From an uncultured delta proteobacterium (GTDB taxonomy: Bacteria > Desulfobacterota > Syntrophobacteria > BM002), in assembly GCA_963712115.1 (NCBI GenBank), contig CAVQGX010000030.1:64001-128000 (forward strand): a stretch of 64,000 bases of DNA, read 5' to 3'. The translations under genes and the position numbers were made by a program. How positions within the stretch are numbered: the stretch's first letter is position 1; each line of letters begins with the position of its first letter. The notes under the pieces were generated by a model. It saw only the letters and a list, made by a program, of their open reading frames with translations, searched no databases and had not been told where the DNA came from. Of this stretch, positions 29,301 to 38,162 are shown in pieces.

Positions 29301-31232
29301 GCCTTTTTTATCCTCGGTTTATCGGCGCTCGTGGCTCTAATTATCATTGGCCGGTTCGAGCAAGAGATGGTATTGCTCCAACAGCGAGCCCGCCAGATGA
29401 GAGGCTCGGAGATAAGCCGGACCAAGGCATTCATAGCTGCCTTTGTTTTAGGTGTTAGTAACTTGCGACGTCGACCTATCCGGACAGTACTCACATGCGT
29501 CACCCTGATTATCCTCACCTTCACCATCATGAGCTTCACTGCTGTTAAGAGTTTGCGTCATCGTGGTCGGCTTCGCTTGGAGGAAGGATCCCAGTATAAA
29601 GGTTTACTCATGAAGATCCTCAATTGGGATAGCCTGCCGCCTGAAGCTCTGGCTACAACCGAGAACAAATTCAACGGCGAGGCCCTAGTGGTGCCAAGAG
29701 TTTGGCTGGAAAATGAAGATCGCACACAGGCGCCGGTGGTTTCCATCCGATTGGGCGGAAAAGAAATTTTGGCTAAAGGTGTAGTGGGTTTGAGTGCTCA
29801 GGAACCAAAAGTTAGCAATCTCGGGGGCACACTTAGTTGCGGGCGCTGGTTTCGACCGGATGAGCGGAAAGCTGTGCTTCTTCCTGACAGGGTTGCAAGA
29901 AGCCTGGGAGTTTCGCTCGAGGAACCTGAGAAGGCTATAGTGTCAATCTGGGGGACGGATTTTCGCGTGGTGGGTTGTTTCAGGGGCGAAGGATTGGAGA
30001 GTCACCTAGATCTAGATGGTGAGCCCCTAACTCCAGTGATCTTCCCCAGCGAAGCGGTGATGGAGGTCACCGAGGTGGAGATGGAGGCCATAGAGGCCGG
30101 GGAGGAAGTACAGGTTTTTCAAAGCCGTTATCAGCATATTCCTGGCGATCTGATCGCAATAATGCCTTTTCAGACTCTCATGGCTTTAGGCGGCAAGCTC
30201 AAGGCCCTCGCTATCCGACCACACTCCCCTGAGGATACCAGCGGACTTGCCACAAAGCTGGTGGACCGTTTTGGTTTAACCCTTTTTGCCGGAGAAAAAG
30301 AGGGCACCTTTATGTATTACGCCTCTGATGCTCTCAGTTACAGCGGGGTACCCAACATCCTCATCCCTTTATTGATATCCGTGCTTATAGTTTTAAACAC
30401 AATGATCGGCAGTGTATATGAACGAAAGCGAGAGATTGCGGTTTACACCTCGGTAGGGTTGGCACCTGTTCACGTTTCTTTCCTTTTCATCGCCGAAGCG
30501 CTGGCATTCGCGGTCCTCAGCGTGGTTTTGGGTTATCTACTGGCTCAGACCAGTGCCGAAATTTTTGCTGGTACTTCTCTCTGGCAGGGAATTACGGTGA
30601 ACTATTCGTCCCTGGCCGGAGTGGCAGCCATGGTACTGGTAATCTTGGTGGTGTTGGTATCAGTGATCTATCCGTCTCGGGTGGCGGCGTCCATTGCCAT
30701 TCCTGATGTAACTCGTGCTTGGACTTTGCCAGAGCCTGAGGGCAGCGCAATGAAACTCACCCTGCCATTCTTGATGAAATACAAGGAGCAACTGGGAATT
30801 GGAGGGTATCTGCGCGAATACTACTTCGCCCATAAGGACGTTTCACACGGGCTCTTCACCACCGATGACATTTCCTTGGAGTTTTACTGCCCCAGTGAGC
30901 AATTGTCTGGGCTCAGCGGTCCAAATCACTGTGAAAAGGACTGCATCCAGGTCAAGACCAGGGTCTGGCTTGCACCTTTTGATTTCGGGGTAAAGCAGTT
31001 CATTCATTTGGAATTCTGCCCGTCAACAGAGGACCCTGATAACTACGTGGAGATTCAGGTAACCTTGCAGCGTGAGGCCGGTGAGGCCAACTACTGGAGA
31101 CGGATCAACAAGGCTTTTATAAACGATTTACGAAAACAGTTACTCATTTGGAGATCTCTCGACAACGAAGCACAGGCCCATTATGCTACATTGCTGGCAA
31201 CTGAACACGCTCTCGAGGGGACCACTACCTAG
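26397..31232 (+). CDS. 1611-aa exported M28 peptidase-like domain fused to FtsX-like permease domains
   Basis: Signal/TM N-terminus; RSTGTPG, PA-like insert, AFYDS, PGADEASS; TM blocks; SNLRRRPIRTVLT; LNTMIGSVYERKREIAVYTSVGL. Confidence 0.85.
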   Translation: MGKFTELFRRSKVWQVISPLILIGGLFCFAAQVVWAAETSEDLIRQLAELGDRSTGTPGCSKAADQIEKAFKALGIERVGRQRFLLPVTQYQPSYLTLKGQRTPIKPLRLNALSPQATPATGIEGPLYYVGRGQLQDFNSIKVAGSIILMELDSGKNWLNAPMLGARALIYVDRGPTSKWFFEDKRELTSLEFPRFWLPLSQARSLFGSFETAANGLIASKVLLNSSGGWRRVQGENIYALIEGKSPELKEQLLVVEAFYDSTGLIPGMSPGADEASSIFSLLNLARSLSDNPPGRSVLLLATSGHAQTLAGMREFTWPLRSKRRDQKKVESELKDRIKRANEALEVLEEPLVLEQARGEAADRLRKTLAEQIKSEVDSLSQRLIKLRLEQGGEKNQRLIDELAERRLLLRRLGWRSSYQGIEGEELKLLEELIPAAIEENQTILEDGREQMKCWRSTGRLRRLMSDFELTAFISLHLSSHGNGVGAFNYGFMYDLKPQINRTGIYAPINRILNRLSQEVEKELGLSNLFQDTLRPSPLRPWQSYLPDRPALGGEVSALAGFLGLTLATLNDARPFWGTPYDMPGKLNLAYLEQQSRWISSLIEKLTYEPELVSDRLPLRGFSSLVGRANFIRQGELFADQPAPGTLILAYQGPSLFYTMVDSGGLFSVRGLVDRKNTSHKAILEGFRFSQKSGQIIWAIDKAATGKDAYRIKMTRSLMEADLVMFACRATTLFNLLEPRTFSYMTRINLIDGRSEAKPLRYWWSRIDTRASTLANIFLEPITPFKLTLSDTVLKRKLILLNSDASKPEGRGYRVEQWPIIAATEYRVARDMWHLLLPRIANLENHGIKNERIRALQREGIEALERAEEALENLRYDRFMEEARTSWALASRIYNDIEKTQKDVLFGVLFYIALFVPFAYCLERLLFALVDIHKRIVAFLAILGLIIAVIYLVHPAFRLTYSPLVVILAFFILGLSALVALIIIGRFEQEMVLLQQRARQMRGSEISRTKAFIAAFVLGVSNLRRRPIRTVLTCVTLIILTFTIMSFTAVKSLRHRGRLRLEEGSQYKGLLMKILNWDSLPPEALATTENKFNGEALVVPRVWLENEDRTQAPVVSIRLGGKEILAKGVVGLSAQEPKVSNLGGTLSCGRWFRPDERKAVLLPDRVARSLGVSLEEPEKAIVSIWGTDFRVVGCFRGEGLESHLDLDGEPLTPVIFPSEAVMEVTEVEMEAIEAGEEVQVFQSRYQHIPGDLIAIMPFQTLMALGGKLKALAIRPHSPEDTSGLATKLVDRFGLTLFAGEKEGTFMYYASDALSYSGVPNILIPLLISVLIVLNTMIGSVYERKREIAVYTSVGLAPVHVSFLFIAEALAFAVLSVVLGYLLAQTSAEIFAGTSLWQGITVNYSSLAGVAAMVLVILVVLVSVIYPSRVAASIAIPDVTRAWTLPEPEGSAMKLTLPFLMKYKEQLGIGGYLREYYFAHKDVSHGLFTTDDISLEFYCPSEQLSGLSGPNHCEKDCIQVKTRVWLAPFDFGVKQFIHLEFCPSTEDPDNYVEIQVTLQREAGEANYWRRINKAFINDLRKQLLIWRSLDNEAQAHYATLLATEHALEGTTT

Positions 31233-31330
31233 GTCCAAGGGCTCTGCATTGCAATTTTAGACTACTGGGCACCAGGCCGGCTCTCGTCTCTTTGTTGAAG
31301 TGATTATCAGCAGCAGAAACAGAAGCGAAA

Positions 31331-33310
31331 ATGGATCAAAATAGGGTAAGAATACGGGCTATAATCCTCGGCGTTATGCTGGGAATCATAATTTGCGCCC
31401 TTACCCCTTTTAACAATTCCTACCTCAATGCAACGCCTCTTGGGGGCGGACATTTTCCCCTGGCTGCGTTTTTTGTTTTTTTCTGGCTATCCATTGGAAT
31501 CGCAGCCCTCGGCAGATTTCGCTTTTCTGCCAACTGGCTGAGTGGTCGCGAACTGTTCGTCGTCTGGATTCTTATGGTCATAGCTTCTGGCATTGCCTAC
31601 ACTGGTCTGGTTCGCACTTTCTTTATCAACCTAACCGCTCCCTACCATTTTGCCAGCGTCGGCAATCGCTGGGCGGAGGCGATTCAGCCCTTACTGCCTC
31701 GGGGTTGGTATCCGGGCGACCCGAACTCCATTAGTCTTCTTTACAATGGACTGGAGGGAGGCAGTCAGATGGGTTGGTGGCAAGTTGTCCAGAAAATTCC
31801 CTGGGGTTGCTGGCTGCCACCCCTCCTTACCTGGGCAGGCTTTGTTCTGCTGTGCTATTGGGTAATGCTCTGTTTGGTTGATATCTTTAGTGAACAGTGG
31901 ATAACCAACGAAAAGATGAATTTTCCTCTCCTCCGGGTGCCTCAGCTCATGGAAGAGGCTCTGGCCGAAAAAAGGCTATTCCGTTTGCTCGCCAACCGTT
32001 TTCTGATATTGGGCTTGCTGGCCACTTTTACCCTCCATCTCATAAACGGACTCCATTTCTATTTCCCTTCAGTACCGCAGATTCCGACCTTGATCCTTGC
32101 CGGTCCGTATTTCCCCAAACATGGCCTGTTTTCTGGCTTCCACAAGCTGAAAATCTTCATCTACCCCGCCTTTATCGGGTTTGCCTTTGTAACCTCTCGG
32201 CAGATTTCTTTCAGTTTCTGGTTCTTCTTTTTCTTGGGCGGCCTATTGTTTGGCTTGCTGGGTGTTTTGGGTTACAACATACCCACCGCTGCTTTGGGTG
32301 TGACCTTTGGTCCCACCCTTTCACGTCCGGAAGAAACTCAGGTAATAGGCGCTTACGCTGTCTTCTTTATCTTCATCCTCTGGCTGGCTCGCTATCACCT
32401 GCTGGATGTTACGCGGCAGTGCTTCTTCATAGGCAAAAGGAAAGAATCCGAGGTGAGATGGGCTTCTTCGAGGATTTCCGGTTGGGGATTTTGGCTGGGA
32501 ACATCAATGCTTGTCTTCTGGTGTCTAAAGTTCGGCATGCCTCTGAAAGTGGCACTCCTCCTTCTAGGCGCCTTCTTTTTTATTATGCTGGTGACCAGCA
32601 AGGTGGTCTGTCAGGGGGGTATTCCATATTTCACCCTTTCTGCCGCTCCTACAGATGGACTGCTCTCCTTTTTCGGCTCGCGTTTCTTTACTAGTCTGGG
32701 GCTGACCATGGCAGCGGTTATGCAAAAGGTGATGTTTGTGGATCTGCGGGAATCCATGATGCCTTCGCTGGTTCATGGTGCCAAGGTAAGTGAAGGCGTC
32801 CGCAACAGGGGGATTATCTTTACAGGGATTATCCTAGCGGTTATTGCTGGGGTAGTGGTCTCCTTCGTGGCAATGCTCGCTCTGTGTCACAAATACGGAA
32901 TCCGCGGACTCCAGATGGATTGGGCCACTCGCACGACACTGGGCGTATACGAAAATGTCCAGCGTCTCCTGGATGCTCCCGGTGAACCGCGTCAGTGGGT
33001 GCTAATATTCTCAGCTGTCGGTGCGGTTATTATGCTGGTTCTGGTGATTTTGTATCAACGTTTTTACTGGTGGCCAATCCATCCCATAGGCTACCTAACG
33101 GCCTACAGCTCAGCAATGCGGATTCTCTGGTTCAGCTTCGTGGTGGGCTGGCTCTGTAACCATTTGAGTCTCAGATACGGAGGAGTATCGCTCTTCAAGA
33201 AGGTGCGATTATTCTTCATTGGCTTGATTATAGGGGATTTTCTCATGGCAGGCTCCTGGGCTCTGGTAGGTCTGTTCACCTTTGCAAGCTACCAGGTCTT
33301 ACCAACTTGA
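31331..33310 (+). CDS. Polytopic membrane protein, OPT-superfamily-like (DUF6785/DUF6784-like)
   Basis: Many TM helices; QWITNEKMNFPL and WWPIHPIGY motifs. The family name is recalled from resemblance and needs an HMM check. Confidence 0.7.
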   Translation: MDQNRVRIRAIILGVMLGIIICALTPFNNSYLNATPLGGGHFPLAAFFVFFWLSIGIAALGRFRFSANWLSGRELFVVWILMVIASGIAYTGLVRTFFINLTAPYHFASVGNRWAEAIQPLLPRGWYPGDPNSISLLYNGLEGGSQMGWWQVVQKIPWGCWLPPLLTWAGFVLLCYWVMLCLVDIFSEQWITNEKMNFPLLRVPQLMEEALAEKRLFRLLANRFLILGLLATFTLHLINGLHFYFPSVPQIPTLILAGPYFPKHGLFSGFHKLKIFIYPAFIGFAFVTSRQISFSFWFFFFLGGLLFGLLGVLGYNIPTAALGVTFGPTLSRPEETQVIGAYAVFFIFILWLARYHLLDVTRQCFFIGKRKESEVRWASSRISGWGFWLGTSMLVFWCLKFGMPLKVALLLLGAFFFIMLVTSKVVCQGGIPYFTLSAAPTDGLLSFFGSRFFTSLGLTMAAVMQKVMFVDLRESMMPSLVHGAKVSEGVRNRGIIFTGIILAVIAGVVVSFVAMLALCHKYGIRGLQMDWATRTTLGVYENVQRLLDAPGEPRQWVLIFSAVGAVIMLVLVILYQRFYWWPIHPIGYLTAYSSAMRILWFSFVVGWLCNHLSLRYGGVSLFKKVRLFFIGLIIGDFLMAGSWALVGLFTFASYQVLPT

Positions 33311-33317
33311 GTTAACC

Positions 33318-33386
33318 CGGAACTCGGATCGCGGAATTGGGAATTATTTTGTTCCCCTCCGCATTCCGCGTTCCGAATTCCCACTT
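33318..33386. repeat. CGGAATK / ATTCCGC heptamer palindromic element
   Basis: cggaactcggatcgcggaattgggaat ... ctccgcattccgcgttccgaattccc. Confidence 0.75.
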
Positions 33387-33392
33387 AAAAAG

Positions 33393-35354
33393 ATGTACGA
33401 CGATAAAGAGCTGCGAGAGTACCGAGACCTTTTGAAGGTGCCGGATCATTTTGAGGAAGGCTTCGACTGGAAAACAATTGTTGGCGCCATTTTCATCGGC
33501 TTCCTCATGATGCCAGGCAGCATGTACCTGCAGCTTGTAATAGGTACGGGCATCGGTCCAGCAGCCCGTTGGGTGACCATAATTCTTTTTGCTGAGCTGG
33601 CCAAAAGGTCTTACAGCGAACTAAAGCAGCAGGAGATTTTCCTCCTCTACTACATGGCGGGGGCTGCCCTGGCATCACCCTTTCAGGGGCTGCTCTGGAA
33701 CCAGTATCTGGTCCAGTCAGATGCCGCCAAGATGTTGGGACTCACTGAATTCATCCCTCAGTGGGTGGCACCGCCCATAGGTTCTGAATCTCTCCTGGAA
33801 CGCACTTTCTTTCACCGCGATTGGATGATCCCCATTTTACTTCTGGTTGGGTCTCAGATCATTCAACGTATCGATCATTTTGGTCTCGGCTATGCTCTTT
33901 TTAGGATTACCTCTGATGTGGAAAAACTTCCTTTCCCCATGGCACCGGTGGGAGCCCTGGGGACAATGGCTCTGGCCGAATCCACAGAAGATAAGCAAAA
34001 GAGTTGGAAATGGCGCGTTTTCTCCATTGGCGGAGTCATTGGCTTGGCTTTCGGCTCCCTGTACGTGCTTTTGCCAGCTGTCTCCGGCTTGCTTTTGACT
34101 GAACCAATCCGTCTCATTCCTATTCCTTGGATTGATTTAACCCGCCACACTGAGGATGTATTGCCGGCAGTAGCCACTGGCCTGCAGTTCGATCTGGGGC
34201 TTATATTCATTGGTATGGTCTTACCATTTTGGGCGGTAATGGGCGGACTGGTGGGATTGATAATCACGGTAGCGGCTAACCCGGTTCTTTACAAACATGG
34301 GATACTCCACCGCTGGCGCCCGGGCATGGCTACCGTTGATACCGTTTTCGCCAACAACTTCGATTTTTATATGAGTTTTGGTATTGGCCTGGGACTCGCC
34401 ATTGGCCTGATAGGCGTGTGGTATGTTCTGCGCTCTTTTTGGAATAGCGGTGGAGGTCAACGGGTTAGTTTTAAAGAACTCTTTAAGCCGCCACCCGGCA
34501 GGGGTGATTTCAATTTTTGGATCTCCATAGGCATCTATGTTTTCTCCACTCTGGCCTATACGGGCCTCTGTGTCTGGCTGGTTCCCAAATTTCCCTGGAT
34601 TTTCTTCCTTGGCTATGGCTTCATCTATACGCCGGTCATCTCTTACATTACCGCCCGCATGGAGGGCATTGCCGGACAGTTCGTCAGTTTACCCCTGGTG
34701 CGAGAGGCGAGTTTCATTGCAGGGGCCAAATTCTTTGGCTATCAGGGAATTGAGATCTGGTACGCCCCCATTCCCATTCACAACTACGGGGCGGCCACTG
34801 TAGAGTTTCGCAAGATAGAACTCACCGGAACAAGCATCCGGGGTATCATCAAGGCGGAGATTGTGGTTTTTCCGGTTGTTATGGTGGCAAGCCTTCTTTT
34901 TTCGCAGTTCATCTGGCGGTTGGCGCCTATACCCTCCAGTAGCTATCCCTATGCCCAGGAGCTTTGGCATCTGCAGGCCTTAAACACCTTGCTTATGCAA
35001 ACTTCGACTTTGGAGGGAAATTCCCTTTTCTTCCAGGCGCTGAAGGGAAGTTACGTTTTGGGTGGATTGGGCTTTGGTATAGTGACCTATGTCGTACTCA
35101 ATCTGGTGGGCTTACCGGTACTCCTGGTGTACGGAGTAGTTCGTGGCTTGGGCCAGTCTACCCCCCATGGCATGATCCTGGAGGTGGTGGGTGCCTTCCT
35201 GGGGCGCTTTTTTTTCCTCAAGCGCTACGGTACAATGTGGCGACAGTATGCACCTGTTCTATTGGCGGGTTTTTCCTGCGGAATGGGTCTTACCGGTATG
35301 TTCGCCATGGGAGTAACCCTCATTCTCAAATCCCTCGGCAAGCTGGCCTATTAG
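33393..35354 (+). CDS. OPT-like (oligopeptide transporter superfamily) membrane protein
   Basis: Polytopic; DVEKLPFPMAPVGA motif. Start set at MYDDKEL because the ORF-track extension crosses a repeat. Confidence 0.75.
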   Translation: MYDDKELREYRDLLKVPDHFEEGFDWKTIVGAIFIGFLMMPGSMYLQLVIGTGIGPAARWVTIILFAELAKRSYSELKQQEIFLLYYMAGAALASPFQGLLWNQYLVQSDAAKMLGLTEFIPQWVAPPIGSESLLERTFFHRDWMIPILLLVGSQIIQRIDHFGLGYALFRITSDVEKLPFPMAPVGALGTMALAESTEDKQKSWKWRVFSIGGVIGLAFGSLYVLLPAVSGLLLTEPIRLIPIPWIDLTRHTEDVLPAVATGLQFDLGLIFIGMVLPFWAVMGGLVGLIITVAANPVLYKHGILHRWRPGMATVDTVFANNFDFYMSFGIGLGLAIGLIGVWYVLRSFWNSGGGQRVSFKELFKPPPGRGDFNFWISIGIYVFSTLAYTGLCVWLVPKFPWIFFLGYGFIYTPVISYITARMEGIAGQFVSLPLVREASFIAGAKFFGYQGIEIWYAPIPIHNYGAATVEFRKIELTGTSIRGIIKAEIVVFPVVMVASLLFSQFIWRLAPIPSSSYPYAQELWHLQALNTLLMQTSTLEGNSLFFQALKGSYVLGGLGFGIVTYVVLNLVGLPVLLVYGVVRGLGQSTPHGMILEVVGAFLGRFFFLKRYGTMWRQYAPVLLAGFSCGMGLTGMFAMGVTLILKSLGKLAY

Positions 35355-35369
35355 CTCATAGTAAAGAAG

Positions 35370-35737
35370 TTGATTAGTCAAATCGTCAAATCGTCGAATA
35401 GTCAATTCGTTCAAATCGTTGAAGCCGTTCAAATCGTTTAAGTCGTTAAAGCCGTTGAAATCGTTGAAACCGTTCAGGTGGTTAATTAGTTAATTAGTCG
35501 ATTAGTCAATTCGTTCAAATCGTTAATTCGTCATTGAGGCCATTCATAACCATTTGACTATTCGACAAATTGACGATTTGACTTGCTGCCCTCTGACCGC
35601 TGACCTCCGACTTCTGACTTCTGTTTTCCTTCGTCTGTCTTCTACCTTTTACAACAAATGACAGCGCAGCGTAGTGACCTAATGACGCCGAAGGCAAATG
35701 ACTGTTCTGTCTTCTGCCCCCGTCTCGCTCTTCTCGC
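35370..35737. repeat. Large composite repeat: AATCGTT/AACGATT, AATTAGT, family A, a 62-bp GTCATT core and a family B half
   Basis: 35467-35624 is the reverse complement of 40776-40933. 35641-35702 is the reverse complement of 43257-43318 and of 47490-47551. Confidence 0.9.
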
Positions 35738-35745
35738 ATTATTCC

Positions 35746-36333
35746 CTACCACGCATGCGGTCGAATCCAGTCTGTAACAGCGCCCGATGACTGGTAACCC
35801 TCAAGTCGGCTCAGTTCCTTGCCGGATTGGAACAGGACCAAAGTGGGCGTTCCACCTACTCGATATAAAGTCGGAACATACTGATTAATATCCACGTTCA
35901 AGGAGCCGACGCTAAGGCGACCTTCGTAATCTTTAGCTATTTTGTTAATGGTGGGGCTAAGTAACTTGCAAGGACCGCAATTGGGCGAAAAGAAGTTGAC
36001 TAAAGCAGGGATAGGTGAACGCAATACAGTTTCAGTGAAGTTTTGATCTGACAGCAACAAAGGTGCACCTTGGGTAGAAAAGTTCAAGGCAAGAGGGGCC
36101 TTGCATTTCCCGCAGATCGGCTGATCTCCAACCCTCTTGATAGGGATTTTGTTGCTAGTTTGGCATTGCTTGCAGGATAGGATCAATGCACCAGTACGAA
36201 TCGGAGATGACTGGGAAAAAAGTTGTCCCTTACATTTACCACAGTTGGGACTCTGCGCCAGCCTAGATGCTGACAGCTTGTTTCTTGTGCCGCAATTGCT
36301 GCATCTAATGTAGTAATCTGTGTTGTTTGCCAT
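35746..36333 (-). CDS. Thioredoxin (TrxC/Trx2-like) with two N-terminal zinc-ribbon modules
   Basis: CSNC..CGKC, CKQC..CGKC, then a thioredoxin domain with CGPC and the cis-Pro TPT motif. Confidence 0.85.
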   Translation of the reverse strand: MANNTDYYIRCSNCGTRNKLSASRLAQSPNCGKCKGQLFSQSSPIRTGALILSCKQCQTSNKIPIKRVGDQPICGKCKAPLALNFSTQGAPLLLSDQNFTETVLRSPIPALVNFFSPNCGPCKLLSPTINKIAKDYEGRLSVGSLNVDINQYVPTLYRVGGTPTLVLFQSGKELSRLEGYQSSGAVTDWIRPHAW

Positions 36334-36637
36334 ATCTGTGAATCACCCCTGAGTTAAGAATCCAGGCCCGGCCACCGGCCCAGAGGGCCTATGGGAATAC
36401 CTGCTCAGCTAGCAGCGGGCAACTGGCAGCTGGCAGAAGTCAGAGATCAGAGGTCGGAAGTCAGTGGTTTCTATCCCTTTTCAGATCCGCAATCCGCAAT
36501 CCGAAATGTCGCCCTTTGCTCCATGCCCTCAGCCCATGGAAGATCTCACTGTGCAAAGGAGGACCAGGTTTCCGAGACTGTAATCAAATATAAATTACAT
36601 TAAGAATGAGATTGGTTCTGTCAAGAAGGGAAGGGGG

Positions 36638-36790
36638 GATTGGAGATTGTGGATTTTAGATTGCAGAATCCTGAAACTTATAGTTTGGACCAGCACACTT
36701 GATTCGAACTGGATAGGCTGTTCCCCCGGGCACTAGGGGAAAGATGGCAGGGTTCCTAAATCTACAATCTTAGATCTACAATCTAAAATC
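36638..36790. repeat. AGATTNT / ANAATCT heptamer palindromic element
   Basis: gattggagattgtggattttagattgcag ... aaatctacaatcttagatctacaatctaaaatc. Confidence 0.75.
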
Positions 36791-37558
36791 TTAGGCTAGG
36801 TCCAAATCAGGCGGTTGGGTCTTGGCGTATTCTTCATCCTCATCCGGCTCAACTTCAGGCTCGGGCCCGATGTTATCTTTGACATCATCGGGCAAAGCGC
36901 CATAGTTGATTCGGAGATAGGGAGCACCTATGCCGGGCGGGCGGTTCTTGTCGTATTTTACTGGCTCTCCCAGTTGTTGTTCGGTGGTAATGATTCGAAC
37001 TCCTTCACTTCCACCTGCCACACAGACTGAGACCTGGTCATCTGGGAAGCGGGCCCAGAAGATATTCACTTGGGCTGCTCCTTCTTTGGACCAACCGATG
37101 ACCCGTCGCTCCTTCTGATCTTTACTGAGAATCAGCCATACCTCATCGCTCTTGTGGATGTCAGAGAGAAGGCGAACCTTTTCCTTTTTTTCCTTTCTAG
37201 AGGTGTCTACCCCGACGTCGTAAAAGAAGGTGTTGACTATCTTTAAAACATCGGGAGGTAGGTCACGAGGCTCTAGAGATATGTGGCTCAACATCCATCC
37301 AGGTGGGAGGTCTTTTTCTTCTGGGTTGAAAGGAACAGTTTCCTCCGAGTTGGCCAGGATGCGCAGACCCGCGTCACCGCCGACCACCAACAGATCGATG
37401 AAACCACTAGACAATTCAGCCCAAAACACGCTTAGGTCGCACGGTCCGGACTTGGACCAACCAACCACAATTCGATGGAGCCGGTCTTCTAAGCTAGGAA
37501 GAATAAGGTATCTAGTTTTATACGCGTTTGAAACAGGAAATATAATTTCTTTCGCCAT
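36791..37558 (-). CDS. Hypothetical protein made of two tandem homologous ~95-aa domains
   Basis: Repeated GWSKxG, FWA, GG..G.RI, PPG and LP.DV motifs; acidic tail. Confidence 0.75.
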   Translation of the reverse strand: MAKEIIFPVSNAYKTRYLILPSLEDRLHRIVVGWSKSGPCDLSVFWAELSSGFIDLLVVGGDAGLRILANSEETVPFNPEEKDLPPGWMLSHISLEPRDLPPDVLKIVNTFFYDVGVDTSRKEKKEKVRLLSDIHKSDEVWLILSKDQKERRVIGWSKEGAAQVNIFWARFPDDQVSVCVAGGSEGVRIITTEQQLGEPVKYDKNRPPGIGAPYLRINYGALPDDVKDNIGPEPEVEPDEDEEYAKTQPPDLDLA

Positions 37559-37649
37559 TGCCCAGAACCCATCGGATTTGATCAGACAGAAATACTAGCA
37601 GAGGTTAGGGATTTTTGCCAACAGGTAAATGGTCTTCCCTCGATTCGTT

Positions 37650-37665
37650 TGCAATGCTTGTGCCA
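37650..37665 (-). promoter_or_regulatory. Sigma54 (-24/-12) promoter
   Basis: Minus strand reads TGGCACAAGCATTGCA, an exact TGGCAC-N5-TTGCA match about 90 bp upstream of 37558. Confidence 0.7.
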
Positions 37666-37772
37666 GTCACGAGAAGCTAAGGCTCAATATAAGTTTATTT
37701 AATTCTAGCAAACCTGGTCCTCCGGGTCAGGTCAGTTCTCAATGGCTTCGCCGGTAAAGATGGCGAGGGCTT

Positions 37773-37960
37773 TTGGAGTTTTGGAGTACTAGAGGGATAG
37801 AAATTCCAAATCACAAATCACAAATTTCAAATAAATCACAATAACCAAAATTCAAAATTCCAAACCTGTTTCGGTCATTTGGTATTGGAATTTAAGATTT
37901 GTTTGTAATTTGGTGCTTGGAGTTTGGGATTTCAGTGACTTCACCACTCCATTACTCCAG
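37773..37960. repeat. Family C element (37801-37932) nested in TGGAGT/ACTCCA arms
   Basis: aaattccaaatcacaaatcacaaatttcaaat...ccaaacc|tgtttcggtcatttggtattgg...gtttgggattt. Confidence 0.85.
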
Positions 37961-38162
37961 CATACCGCGGCAAGAGCGAAAGACCTTGGCTCCCCTTCGG
38001 GGGATGGCAAGGGCCCGGATTCTTTATTTTACTCTTGCTCTTTAAGGTCTTCTGGGGATAAATGTAGAAGGACGCATAGCGCTTTAGGCACCCTAACAAA
38101 ATACTAATTCTTGCTACGCGATCTTTCGGGATTTGCGCTTGCCCTGCTGGGACAGAGGTCAA

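Noticed and set aside
31897-32694. 265-aa alternative-frame ORF and other long shadow ORFs (e.g. 11351-11908, 15333-15905, 39674-40189, 55108-55605)
   Set aside because: They fully overlap well-supported genes and have no recognisable motifs.
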